Assembly (NCBI GenBank): GCA_002269645.1 | Contig: NIVC01001944.1 | Location: 1 to 64,000 of the forward strand | Reading direction: 5' to 3' | Source: Macrostomum lignano | Lineage: Eukaryota | DNA: 64,000 nt | Part shown: positions 47,401 through 59,153 of the stretch, piece after piece | Layout: the number at the start of each line of letters is the position of its first letter | Position numbering within the stretch: the stretch's first letter is position 1 | Notes under the pieces: model-generated | What the model was told of the DNA's origin: nothing | What the model saw: the letters and a program-made list of their open reading frames with translations, nothing else | Databases searched by the model: none | Translations under genes and position numbers: made by a program

Positions 47401-49583
47401 AAAACCACCAGTCACCGTCGCAGTCTTTATCCGCTTTACCAGCCGCTAGCGTGGACAAAGACCGACTGCTCGCTTTGGCAGACTGGGCCGCCTCCCGTCC
47501 TCAGCAGCAGCAGCAGCAGATACGGTCAAAGAGCCCGCAGGCCTGGGTTAAGAAGGTGGGCGATTCTCATGGGGAATGTGGGCGATTCTCATGGGGAAAT
47601 GTGAGCGATTCTCATGGGGAAATGTGAGCGATTCTCATGGGGAAATGTGAGCGATTCTCATGGGGAAATGTGAGCGATTCTCATGGGGAGACCGGTGGGA
47701 GATTCCCAGATTCTCATGGGGAAACTGGAGGGAGACCCCCAGATTCTCATGGGCAGTGTTGGAGATTCTCATGGGCAGTGTTGGAGATTCTCATGGGCAG
47801 TGTTGGAGATTCTCATGGGCAGTGTTGAAGATTCTCATGGGCAGTGTTGGAGATTCTCATCGGCAGTGTTGAAGATTCTCATGGGCAGTGTTGAAGATTC
47901 TCATGGGTAGTGTTGAAGATTCTCATTGGCAGTGTTGGAGATTCTCATGGGCAGTGTTGGAGATTCTCATGGGCAGTGTGGAAGATTCTCATGGGCAGTG
48001 TGGAAGATTCTCATGGGAGACCGGTTGGAGATTCCCGGATTCTCATGGGGAGACTACCAGATTCTCATGCGGAGACTCCCAGATTCTCATGCGGAGACTC
48101 CCAGATTCTCATACGGAGACTCCCAGATTCTCATGCGGAGACTCCCAGATTCTCATGCGGAGACTCCCAGATTCTCATGCGGAGACTCCCAGATTCTCAT
48201 GCGGAGACTCCCAGATTCTCATGCGGAGACTCCCAGATTCTCATGCGGAGACTCCCAGATTCTCATGCGGAGACTCCCAGATTCTCATGCGGAGACTCCC
48301 AGATTCTCATGCGGAGGCTCCCAGATTCTCATGCGGAGACTCCCAGATTCTCATGCGGAGACTCCCAGATTCTCATGCGGAGACTCCCAGATTCTCATGC
48401 GGAGACTCCCAGATTCTCATGCGGAGGCTCCCAGATTCTCATGCGGAGACTCCCAGATTCTCATGCGGAGACTCCCAGATTCTCATGGGGAGACCGGGGC
48501 AGATTCCAAGATTCTCATGGGGAGACCGGGGCAGATTCCAAGATTCTCATGGGGAGACCGGAGGGAGACTCCCTGATTCTCATTGGAGACGTCTCCAATG
48601 CAATCCCTAAGAGCTCATCCCTGCTGCCCTTCCAGCACCAGTTCCTGAATGCGCAGCCAATCACTGGCGGCATCGGGCACCACCTGATGCAGAAGATGGG
48701 CTGGCGGGACGGCCAAGGCCTCGGCAAGCGGAACGAGGGGCCCACAGAGCCGCTGGCCATTGACTACAAGACTGACAGGAAGGGTGAGCTGTGGCGATTC
48801 CATCCAATCAAATTCATCCGATTCCCCACCCCGTTCCCCATCCGATTCCCCACCCCGATCAACATCCGATTCCTCACCCGTTCCTCATCCGATTCCCCAC
48901 CACGATCCCCATCCGATTCCCCACCCCGTTCCCCATCCGATTCCCCACCACGATCCCCATCCGATTCCCCACCCCGATCCCCATCCGATTCCCCACCCCG
49001 ATCCTCATCCAATTCCCCACCCCGATCCCCATCCGATTCCCCACCCCGATCCCCATCCGATTCCCCACCCCGATCCCCATCCGATTCCCCACCCCGATCC
49101 TCATCCGATTCCCCACCCCGATCCCCATCCGATTCCCCATCCGATTCCCCACCCCGATCCCCATCCGATCCCTCATCCCGATCCTATTCAATAATCTTAG
49201 CGATCCCTGCTCCACTAAAAACCCTTATCTGGAGTCCCCAGAGCTCGCCTAGCAACAAGAACCCCACTGCCCACCCCAGGCCTGGCCGCCATCGATGACA
49301 GGCCGGTTGCTGCAAAGCACGGAGCCGGCAGCGGCCGGAAGAAGAAATCTTCAGCGCTGCCGCCCGCCTCCGTCGTTGCTGCAAATGCGGCAGCCTCGAC
49401 CGCGGCCGCTGCGGCCGCTGCCGCCGTCTCCGGGACCTCGCTGGAGCATCTGGACGGCAAGCACCCCATCAGCGCCCTGCTGGAGGCCGCCCGCCGGCGA
49501 CGACTTCCGGAGCCGCAGTTCCGGTTGGTGCACCACAGCGGCCCCGCGCACTCGCCCTGCTTCGTGTTCTGCGTAAGTCTCTG

Positions 49584-49654
<71 letters not shown>

Positions 49655-49683
49655 ATGTTTGTCTGTCTGTCTGTCTGTCTGTA

Positions 49684-49720
<37 letters not shown>

Positions 49721-49956
49721 TGTCTGTCTGTCTTAGTGTCTGTCTGTCTGTCTGTTTTTCTGTCTGTCTGTCTGTCTGTCTGTCAGTCAGTCGGTCCGTG
49801 TGCCAGTCAGCCAGACCGCCCGGCCGCCCGCAGGTGCAGATCGGCAGCACGGAGTACCAGCCCACCCGGCCCTGCAGAAACAAGAAGGACGCGAAAGCCT
49901 GCGCGGCCACCTTCGCCCTGCAGCAGCTTGGCATTGTGCCAAAGCCTGATTATTAA
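43844..49956 (+). CDS. SON: SON-family splicing cofactor (RS region, FPVSSG motif, G-patch, dsRBD)
   Basis: Eight phase-consistent exons: 43844-44245, 44456-44916, 45893-46073, 46613-46916, 47233-47555, 48636-48783, 49280-49572, 49834-49956. Peptides [72 protein letters not shown]...[19 protein letters not shown] and [10 protein letters not shown] match SON. The start codon is tentative. Confidence 0.9.
44960..45780. repeat. Intronic G-rich minisatellite (GGGATTGGGAAGTTT-based)
   Basis: Fills SON intron 2. Confidence 0.9.
46148..46605. repeat. Intronic 20-bp tandem repeat CTCACTCATCTCACCAGCTG
   Basis: Fills SON intron 3 up to the acceptor. Confidence 0.95.
47560..48590. repeat. Intronic 22-23 bp tandem repeat with a GATTCTCATG core
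   Basis: Fills SON intron 5; the variant units change progressively along the array. Confidence 0.95.
48800..49190. repeat. Intronic 24-bp tandem repeat CCGATTCCCCACCCCGATCCCCAT
   Basis: Fills SON intron 6. Confidence 0.9.
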
Positions 49957-50469
49957 AAGCGGCAGCCTGTATATGATACAATTATATGATAAACCTGTAA
50001 AAACTGAAAGCATTTCAGCGTGTTAAGAATATTGCATACAGAATCCAATTGCATTTTCGCGAGTTTGTCAGTCAGAGCTCAAGTTGAAATTTATTGCCAG
50101 TTCGTTCTGCTTGACGCCATAATAATGCTGGCAGTTCCACCGACTGCCTGCTAATTGCTCTGTAATCTTTAATTGATTTTTTGTTTAGATTAACTAGCAT
50201 CAATAATACATTTGTTCTTGAGTATTTACTGTTAATCACTGCGTTACAGTGTAGCTTTTGTACTTCATTGGACTTAAAAAGAACAAAATGTACTTTTCAA
50301 TGCTTTTTCTTTATTTACTGGACTGGGTCACGTGACTGCAACATAAAATTAACATAAAATTATTCAATCAATGAGCTGGAACTTTTGCGAACAAACTTTA
50401 AGTTTAACAGGTACTCGAAAATTTTCCACAAGAAAGCTTCCGCCAAAATCCTGCAAGCAATCCTTATAG

Positions 50470-50730
50470 ACCCATTTGTCCATCAAGATTTGTCCACCGA
50501 GGTTTGTCCACCGAGGTTTGTCCACCGAGGTTTGTCCACCGAGGTTTGTCCATCAAGATTTGTCCACCGAGGTTTGTCCACCGAGGTTTGTCCATCAAGA
50601 TTTGTCCACCGAGGTTTGTCCATCAAGATTTGTCCATCGAGGTTTGTCCATCAAGATTTCTTCACTGAAATTTGTCTAGAGATTTGTCCACCGATATTTT
50701 TCTCAGAGATTTGCCCACAGAGATTTTGTC
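50470..50730. repeat. 14-bp tandem repeat CCACCGAGGTTTGT
   Basis: Lies between the SON stop codon and the second cassette. Confidence 0.9.
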
Positions 50731-50977
50731 CACTAAGATTTGTCTGAATAAAACAGATGTTACGATTTTCAAGATGTAACTTCTATTTTCCACGACTTTA
50801 TTCTGCAGTGTTCAATTATGGTTTTTATTCATGTATGTTCGTTAGGCTCAGGGAATTAGTCTATGTGCTGTGCTCAATAATCTGTTTGAAATCCACTAAA
50901 AATTTACATGTAAGAACTTGAGAAGCCAGACATTCAGACAGCTTTTCAGTTTTTGCTTTTAGATTTTTTCCTATCAG

Positions 50978-53482
50978 AGAGACTGGCTGATGCAGAAGAG
51001 CGAGCAGCCTTCGTCCGAGGCAAAGCTCCAACGAGCATTCTCTTCGCTGAGCTTGGGGCAGCAGCAGCAGCAGCAGCAGCAGCGGGCCTTCAGCTCCGGC
51101 GGCCTCTGGCCCAACAGTCGGCCGGAAGTCGCTATCAGACAGTCGCAGGCTCTGGTGGCCGCATTTCCGGTCAGCTGCGGTGAGCTTTTGTAGCGGTGCT
51201 TGGGAGGTCACGGGCTCGAGCCCCACAGGAGCAGGCATTCATGCTGACTAACCCTGACACTTATGCTGGCTCGACCAGACATTTATGCTGGCTCACCTGA
51301 CATTTATGCTGGCTCACCTGACATTTATGCTGGCTCACCTGACATTCATACTGACTCACCTGACATTTATGCTGGCTCACCTGACATTTATGCTGGCTCA
51401 CCTGACATTTATGCTGGCTCACCTGACATTTTTGCTGGCTCACCTGACATTCATACTGACTCACCTGACATTTATGTTGGATTCGCTGACACCTACGGTA
51501 CCTCGGGTGCACCCTGTTTGTCTGGCCATGGCACCCATAATTTTGCCTTTTCGGTTGCTCAGGCCGGCTGCACAAACACATCAACAGCAGCGGCGGCAAG
51601 GCGCGGCCACAGAAGCATCGCGCAGAGACGTCGGAGTCGGCCAAGACGGCCGGTGGCGATGATGGCGGCGTCTCGACTACGCAGCCAACGTCTTCACTTG
51701 CTGCAGCTTCGAGTGGGCGGACCCTGAGAATGGAAATGGCAAAAACCGGACAGGCTGCAGTACAGACCGGACAGGCAGAAGGAAAAACCGGACAGGCTGC
51801 AGTACAGACCGGACAGGCTGAAGGAAAAACCGGACAGGCTGTAGTACAGACCGGACAGGCTGCAGGAAAAACCGGACAGGCAGAAGGAAAAACCGGACAG
51901 GCAGAAGGAAAAACCGGACAGGCTGAAGGAAAAACCGGACAGGCTGTAGTACAGACCGGACAGGCTGAAGGAAAAACCGGACAGGCTGTAGTACAGACCG
52001 GACAGGCTGAAGGAAAAACCGGACAGGCTGTAGTACAGACCGGACAGGCTGAAGGAAAAACCGGACAGGCTGCAGGACACCCCGAAAGTACAAAAAGACA
52101 GGTACAAAAGGTAAAGACTAATTTCACCAAGATCCATCACTGATAAGTTGAAAAGTTCCGAATTGGCTTCAAAAATCAGCGGTCGCTGCCCCCCTCAGCG
52201 CGACCCATTCGCCAACGCCCAGCCAATCATGGCCGGGCCCGGGCTGGACCTGATTCGTCGAATGGGCTGGCGGGAGGGCCAGGGCCTCGGCAGGCAGGGC
52301 GAAGGCCGCGTCGAGCCCGTGGCGGTTGCTATGCGAACCGGGCGAGCGGGTGAGTGACAGATGGTGGCCCGCTAATCTACAAGTTGTACAACCCTATACA
52401 ACTATCAATTGTGCTTAAAATGACTCAGACCGTACTTACCTATCCTTCACTTACGTGTGCTGAGCTCAAAACTGCACTTGCACCCGACTCATCACCAACA
52501 AAGGCCTGGCCAGTGACGGTGAAAAAACAGGAATCCGACCTCGGCTGCCGCAGCCCCCACCTCGGCCTTGCCCGCCGCCGTCCAGGCAGCCACCAAGGAA
52601 GAAACCCGACAGGGCGAGCGCGCAGGCCCGCATGCACCGGCTCGGCCACCTGAGCCAGAAGTACACAGGCCACTCGCCGCGCTATCGGCTTATCAGAGAG
52701 GTGGGGCCGCCAGGAGCCAAGATGTACCTCTACTCGGTGAGACCGGCTGCGGACCCGCCTGCTACACCGCTATCTGCTAACAATGCCTCTCTACCCTCAC
52801 TCTACCCCCTACTCTGCCACTATATCCCCACTCTACCCACCACTTTTCTACTCTACGCACTACTCTGCCATTCTATCCCACTCTACCCACTACTCTGCCA
52901 CTATATCCCCACTCTACCCACTACTCTGCCATTCTATCCCACTCTACCCACTACTCTGCCATTCTATCCCCACTCTACCCACTACTCTCCCATTCTATCC
53001 CACTCTACCCACTACTCTACCATTCTATCCCACTCTACCCACTACTCTGCCATTCTATCCCACTACTCTGCCATTCTATCCCACTCTACCCACTACTCTG
53101 CCATTCTATCCCACTCTACCCACTACTCTGCCATTCTATCCCCACTCTACCCACTACTCTGCCATTCTATCCCCACTCTACCCACTACTCTCCCATTCTA
53201 TCCCACTCTACCCACTACTCTGCCTCCCTACCTACTACACAAGCGGCCTACCTACCACACAGCCACACCTGCTGGCACTCAATCAACAGCAGCAACCCCC
53301 CCCCCACGCGGCCGCAGGTCACAGCGCTGCACTGCACCTATCAGGCTGGCCAATTCCGACCAAGCCGCTGGCTGGCGAAGGCGGCAGCGGCAGAGTTGGC
53401 CCTGAGGCACCTGGACCCCGGCGACGCGGCCCCCATGCCAGCTGCACAGCCGCGGAGCAGGCGGCAAAAGCATGGACGATGA
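50978..53482 (+). CDS. Second SON-type C-terminal cassette (FPVSCG, G-patch, diverged dsRBD); no start codon assigned
   Basis: Exons 50978-51179, 51563-52110, 52199-52349, 52531-52736 and 53318-53482 join into one open frame. G-patch: PFANAQPIMAGPGLDLIRRMGWREGQGLGRQGEG. dsRBD end: VTALHCTYQ...RWLAKAAAAELAL. Intron positions and phases match the SON gene. Confidence 0.75.
52780..53230. repeat. Intronic ~30-bp tandem repeat (CTACCCACTACTCTGCCATTCTATCCCACT)
   Basis: Fills the last intron of the second cassette. Confidence 0.9.
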
Positions 53483-53939
53483 GAAAGTGAAAACCGATCA
53501 TCCGATTATAATAATGCATAATTATAATAATTATTATTAGTACTGGAAAATCTTTAGTCTATTTTGACAACAAGGATGTTTGAGTAATGCATGATTAGAC
53601 ATAACAATCTACAGCAGGCTTACAGTAACTCAATAATTAGTAATACAAAGTATTCAGGTAATAATAACTCTATGTAAACTAAATAACCAAATTTATCATC
53701 ATAAATAAATAATTATTGAATTTTACAATCAAGACCTAGCGTACTCTTATATTTAGTAAACAGAGACAGATTCGCAATAAAATTAATTCCTACTGTAAAA
53801 TCAGCAATTATGCAATACAGAAGGAAAGTTGTTCAATAAAACCACGTGAAAAGAAATCTCTGTGCAAAAATGAACAAGACTTGAACTTAGCACCATGAAA
53901 GAAAAACTGTTTCAACACAGATACTTTATATCTAGGGGT

Positions 53940-54110
53940 GGTTGTGTAGTAGAGAACGAGTGTACATTGGGGTGGTTGTGTGGTAGAGAAAAAGTGTACA
54001 TTGGGGTGGTTGTGCGGTAGGGAATGAGTGTACATTGGGGTGGGTGTGCGGGTAGGAAATGAGTGTACATTGGGGTGGGTGTGCGGGTAGGAAATGAGTG
54101 TACATTGGAG
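53940..54110. repeat. ~35-bp tandem repeat with a GAGTGTACATTGGGGTGG core
   Basis: About 5 copies just downstream of the OXCT1 stop codon. Confidence 0.8.
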
Positions 54111-54160
54111 TAGCAAGAGGCAAGGCGGTCAAAGCGAGAGCCGATCAGTCGGCAGCGCAC

Positions 54161-55026
54161 TCAGATCTGCCCCATCATGGTCAGCTGCTCGGACACCTGG
54201 AACTGCGCCTCCGTGCACTCCACCAGGTCCTGAACTGAAATACCTTCAGCAATCTCGGTGAGCACCAGACCCTGCTCCGGGTCCACGGTGAACACGGCCT
54301 TCTCGGTGATCAGCATGTCGACGCAGGCCTTTCCGTTGAGAGGCAGGCTGCACCTGTCCAGGATCTTCGCTTTACCGTCCTGCGGGACCAGGGTGATTCA
54401 TGAGGTTCCTGAACCATGCCATTGTTTCTTCATTCCAAAGAATGCGCGTTGCCCTTTAGAATGCAACCCCGCGTCCTGCACTCTCTGAAGCTGCAACCCC
54501 ACCTTCTGCACCCCCCAAAGCTGAGTTGCACTCTGAAGCAATATCCCTGAAGCGAGCAAACAGCGCAGCCTCACCTTGGCGCAGTGCTCCATAGTGACCA
54601 CCACTTTGGTCCCTGGCACCCCCACCAGGTCCATTGCACCGCCCATGCCTTTGACCAGCTTTCCAGGAATCATCCAGTTGGCCAGGTCGCCAGTCTTTGA
54701 CACCTGCATCGCGCCAAGCACCGTGACGTCGATGTGGCCGCCGCGGATCATGGCGAAGCTGGACGCCGAGTCGAAGTAGGCAGCTCCTGGCAGCGCCGTC
54801 ACCGTCTCCTTGCCAGCATTGATTAGGTCCGGGTCCACCTGCTCGGCTGTGGGATACGGGCCCAGGCCGAGGAAGCCGTTCTCCGACTGCAGATGCACCT
54901 TCATGCCAGCGGGGATGAAGCTGGCGGCCAGCATCGGGATTCCGATACCCAGGTTCACGTACATGCCGTCCTTGAACTCCAGCACTAGGCGGCGGATGAT
55001 GCGCTCGCGCGACGACTCGCCGACCT
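54161..55026 (-). CDS. OXCT1: Succinyl-CoA:3-oxoacid CoA-transferase (SCOT), last two exons
   Basis: Exons 55026-54575 and 54379-54161 with GT-AG boundaries. Motifs [14 protein letters not shown] (catalytic Glu), [23 protein letters not shown] and VVVTMEH. Upstream exons are not in the window. Confidence 0.92.
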
Positions 55027-55339
55027 CTGGGAGGATTTTGGGATTTTTAAATTGCCGTGTGTGGGCCCAGTGCCATAGACATATGTGAGATACCACAGTA
55101 AGTTTTTTTCCAAATCCCTAGTGCTACATAAAAGTGGCGTCGCAAGCACTCCTACAGTCTCCAAGCCATCGCGCTGTCCCTGTGACCGGAAACGGCACAA
55201 AGTCGCCGAGCAAGATCCCGAGTCAAAGTACGACGCAGACTGTCTAAAGGCAAGGCGCTTTCCATACATCAGGAATGATTGAGCTACTAGAAGAGAGCAG
55301 CAATCTCGACCACTGGATGGGTTGCTTTGATATCGCTGC

Positions 55340-56243
55340 GCAGTGTTAGCTGGACTGACGCCAACAAGGCACTGTAGTAATGCTCTTTGAGGATCTCTCC
55401 GCAGTTGCATGATAAGCTGGCTGATCATTTGGAACCGGAAAAACCTGGCAAGAAATCCTTTGCTCAGCTAAAAGAGGCACTGGAAGAAATCATGCAGCCA
55501 AAGACATACGTATTGGCTGAATGGTTCAAATGTCAAAATATCGGACGCGAAGCAACAGAGTAAATTCGCGTCTTTTCCGAAAGACTGCTAAAGGGAGCGG
55601 AGAAGTGCAAGTTTTCAAACAACGACGAGCGGTTAAGAGATCAGTTCATACGTGGTCTGAACAGCAAAGCGATTATCGGCAAGCTGATAACCAAGAACTA
55701 TAAATAATAGACGTCAAGCAGGCTACGAGCGAAGCCTACTGGAGACACCAAAAATGAAGGCCGCACCAAGGACTGATTCGCTACAAAGCATTCACATGAT
55801 GCGGGTAGGATACAACCGCCTAAAGAGTCAAGAAGATCTTGTCCAAAGTATGGTGGTGTGTACCAGAAAGGACAACGTCCAGCGTTTGGCAAAACGTGTA
55901 AGTGTAACGCATGCGGTAAGAATAATCACTTCGCTAAAGTTTGCCGTACAGGACGACAACAGAAGAAGTAGACAGCCGCCAGAAAGCCTTCCGTGCAGCA
56001 TGTGAGTGAAAGTCTGAGTACAGGGATTTTTTACAGCAGAGGCAAGTAATTGTTGCCGTCAGCAGAGACCCAGGGATCCGATTGCAATTACAGAAAAAAT
56101 ACTGGAAGGACAAAAGGAGCATGCAATCCGATGTGAATCAGATACCGGAGCTGGTGTTTCAATTATGTTCGAAATGTTGTGGACTCAGTTGGACAGGCCT
56201 AGACCGAAACCTTCAAGCACTAAGCTGGGTGGCTTAGTGCTTG
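55340..56243 (+). pseudogene. Decayed Ty3/Gypsy gag-protease fragment
   Basis: Remnant peptides in several frames: HLEPEKPGKKSFAQLKEAL, ERLRDQFIRGL, the knuckle CNACGKNNHFAKVC, and the protease motif DTGAGVS. Confidence 0.75.
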
Positions 56244-56454
56244 AGTAGTAGGGGTTAGCAGAACACGGCCGACAGGGCGGAGATAGGAGGAGGGGGTAAT
56301 GCATTGGGATAGGAGGGGCGGCCTATCTCTTTACACTGGGGGATGGTTAACACTGCAGAGATAGGAGGAGAGGCGCCCTATCTCTTTACATTGGGGTGGT
56401 TAACACTGCAGAGATAGGAGGAGAGGCGCCCTATCTCTTTACATGGGGATGGTT

Positions 56455-57125
56455 AACACTGCAGAGATATGAGCTCTATCTCTGTGTATTGGGGACGGCT
56501 AAGCACTGTGGAGATATGAGCCCTATCTCTGTGCATTGGGGACGGCTAAGCACTGTGGAGATATGAGCTCTATCTCTGTGCATTGGGGACGGCTAAGCAC
56601 TGTGGAGATATGAGCCCTATCTCTGTGCATTGGGGACGGCTAAGCACTGTGGAGATATGAGCCCTATCTCTGTGCATTGGGGACGGCTAAGCACTGTGGA
56701 GATATGAGCCCTATCTCTGTGCATTGGGGACGGCTAAGCACTGTGGAGATATGAGCCCTATCTCTGTGCATTGGGGACGGCTAAGCACTGTGGAGATATG
56801 AGCCCTATCTCTGTGCATTGGGGACGGCTAAGCACTGCGGAGATATGAGCCCTATCTCTGTGCATTGGGGACGGCTAAGCACTGTGGAAATATGAGCCCT
56901 ATCTCTGTGCATTGGGGACGGCTAAGCACTGTGGAGATATGAGCCCTATCTCTGTGCATTGGGGACGGCTAAGCACTGCGGAGATATGAGCCCTATCTCT
57001 GTGCATTGGGGACGGCTAAGCACTGTGGAGATATGAGCCCTATCTCTGTGCATTGGGGACGGCTAAGCACTGTGGAGATATGAGCCCTATCTCTGTGCAT
57101 TGGGGACGGCTAAGCACTGCGGAGA
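56455..57125. repeat. 47-bp tandem repeat with an internal hairpin, about 14 copies
   Basis: GCACTGTGGAGATATGAGCCCTATCTCTGTGCATTGGGGACGGCTAA; stem GAGATA/TATCTC; anchors at 56551 and 56598. Confidence 0.95.
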
Positions 57126-58007
57126 TAAGAGGGGTGGCCAATCTCACTGGTTTACGTACTGGAGAGATGGCTTCTAGAGCCCTGATCGCCTAAAACTTAC
57201 AAGCCTTCGCTGAGTAGCAGGTATGGGGGAAGGATGAGCATTGCAACTACATGTATAGGATTTCATGTAAGCATAAAGCAGCGGTAGGAGCAGAAAACGA
57301 GAAGCGCGTATGAATAAAATAAATTGTGGGTGCTGTGCGTATACTGTGCTTGTATATGGCTGTGTCTGACTTTTGAGATGGTATAGAAATGCAACTGTTT
57401 TTTAATCATTTATGCATAGTAGAAGATACTGAAATTATAATAGGTTCGTATGCTTTTAAAAATTTGCCAATTCGCAGGTTTTTGTTTGCTTACTCTCTCG
57501 GTCTGGAGCTTCTTTTTAGCAAAGTATGGCTGCGCCTTCTTCAGAGATCAATTAAGTTGTAAACTGATTTAAGGTAGCCTTGGATTTTCGCCCCCCTCCA
57601 GATAACGCATTGCAGCGAAGTGATATCGGGGTTGTCTGGCTGGCTCGATAGGGGCAATAAAGTTTTGGAGCATTACTGTTAAAGATTATATTCCAAGTTG
57701 TTTTCGTCATAAAGCAACGGTTTCTATTATGCATGCGTCGGCATAACGTTTTGAAAAAGGATGAAATGGGCCCTTTCGTTTTTATAAGATAATTTAAACT
57801 TGAGGCCAAGGGTATATGGAGTCTACACTGGCTGCTTGTATTTACTTGTGAATAAAAGACCATTATAAAACGCTATGCATTGAACTGGATCCTATATAAG
57901 ATCTGCTGGCCCGTTACTGCTGATAGTAAATTTGAAAAGAATATAAATAGAGAGGAGCAGCAGCTGAAGATCAAGTAGCGATTATTAGTGAATAATTTCA
58001 AATTAGA

Positions 58008-59153
58008 ATGTCGTCCGATTGGCAATACGAGGTGTGCATGACTTGTAAAAAATGCAAACAAGGTGGACTCCGACCGGATCGACATAAAAACTGCACGAAC
58101 GTGACGAAGTGGAGTGTCTGCTGGCAGTGCTCAAATGTTTCTCTATATGAAGCGAAGAAGAGCGCTAAGCAATCTAAGGCTCATCGGGGTCACCAATTGC
58201 TGCCTGGGACTAAAGACACAGCGCGATCTTTTCGACGAATGGTAATGGGAGCGGCGAGGCGACACATGGAGCATCAAACGGCGGAAGTGGCAGCAGCCAA
58301 GAAGCGATCGAGCGTGCTCAGTCAAGTAATTAATGGTGTAATTCAAGCTCGAAACGACAGCCTAAGTTCCAGCGATGAGTTCGTAGACGTAAATACTAGA
58401 GAACCCTCGATACTTCCTCAGCCAAACAATGGAATGGAAACTGAGACAGCTGACGCAGTGCAAGCCATTGTACCTATTAGACGTGCTCCATCCATAAGAG
58501 GCAAGCAAATGGTTCAAATCGATAGTTCGATGATTGAAGAAGAAGGCGACGAGATGGAGGAGGACATCGAACTTGACGGCTTTGCTTCTGCTGGTGTCCC
58601 GGTTGGCGCCGACTCTGCTGCTGCTGCTGGTGTCCCGGTTGGCGCCGACTCTGCTGCTGCTGCTGGTATCCCGGTTGGCGCCGACTCTGCTGCTGCTGGT
58701 GCCCCGGTTGGCGCCGACTCTGCTGCTGCTGCTGGTGCCCCGGTTGGCGCCGACTCAGCTGCTGCTGCTGGTGTCCCGGTTGGCGCCGACTCTGCTGCTG
58801 CTGCTGGTGCCCCGGTTGGCGCCGACTCTGCTGCTGCTGCTGGTGCCCCGGTTGGCGCCGACTCTGCTGCTGCTGCTGGTGCCCCGGTTGGCGCCGACTC
58901 TGCTGCTTCAACCAAAATTCCAGCCACAGTCACTGATGCAGCTGTTACTGTTGCAAATGGTCATGATGAGCTCAATGAGCTGCTAGCATCCATCGACCTG
59001 CCAACGACGACGATGACGCCGGCAAATGTTGCTGATATTAATGAAAATGCTGGTGCTAACTATTTTACTTTAAATCTGCTATTGCCGCACGTGAGTGGAG
59101 CTGGGTATGTTGTGCAAGTTGACGGCAATAAAATCACTCTTACCCCGATGTAA
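58008..59153 (+). CDS. Polinton accessory ORF: Cys/His-rich N-terminus plus 12-aa Ala-rich repeats
   Basis: CMTCKKC, CWQC...H..H, and (GADSAAAAGAPV)n; no family recognised. Confidence 0.55.
   Translation: MSSDWQYEVCMTCKKCKQGGLRPDRHKNCTNVTKWSVCWQCSNVSLYEAKKSAKQSKAHRGHQLLPGTKDTARSFRRMVMGAARRHMEHQTAEVAAAKKRSSVLSQVINGVIQARNDSLSSSDEFVDVNTREPSILPQPNNGMETETADAVQAIVPIRRAPSIRGKQMVQIDSSMIEEEGDEMEEDIELDGFASAGVPVGADSAAAAGVPVGADSAAAAGIPVGADSAAAGAPVGADSAAAAGAPVGADSAAAAGVPVGADSAAAAGAPVGADSAAAAGAPVGADSAAAAGAPVGADSAASTKIPATVTDAAVTVANGHDELNELLASIDLPTTTMTPANVADINENAGANYFTLNLLLPHVSGAGYVVQVDGNKITLTPM

Noticed and set aside
47888-49298. Long ORFs (240-462 aa) across SON introns and other repeat-derived ORFs such as 65-289, 44256-44714 and 46146-46646
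   Set aside because: These are stop-free translations of micro- and minisatellites; only the embedded SON exons are supported.
54161-55026. Horizontally acquired bacterial ScoB subunit
   Set aside because: The spliceosomal intron and phase-1 acceptor show it is the 3' part of a eukaryotic fused SCOT gene.
56455-57125. CRISPR-like array of palindromic repeats
   Set aside because: The units abut directly with no unique spacers, there are no cas genes, and the context is eukaryotic.
56455-57125. HDV-like ribozyme suggested by GGCTAA in each 47-bp unit
   Set aside because: No P1/P3/L3 elements could be built around it.
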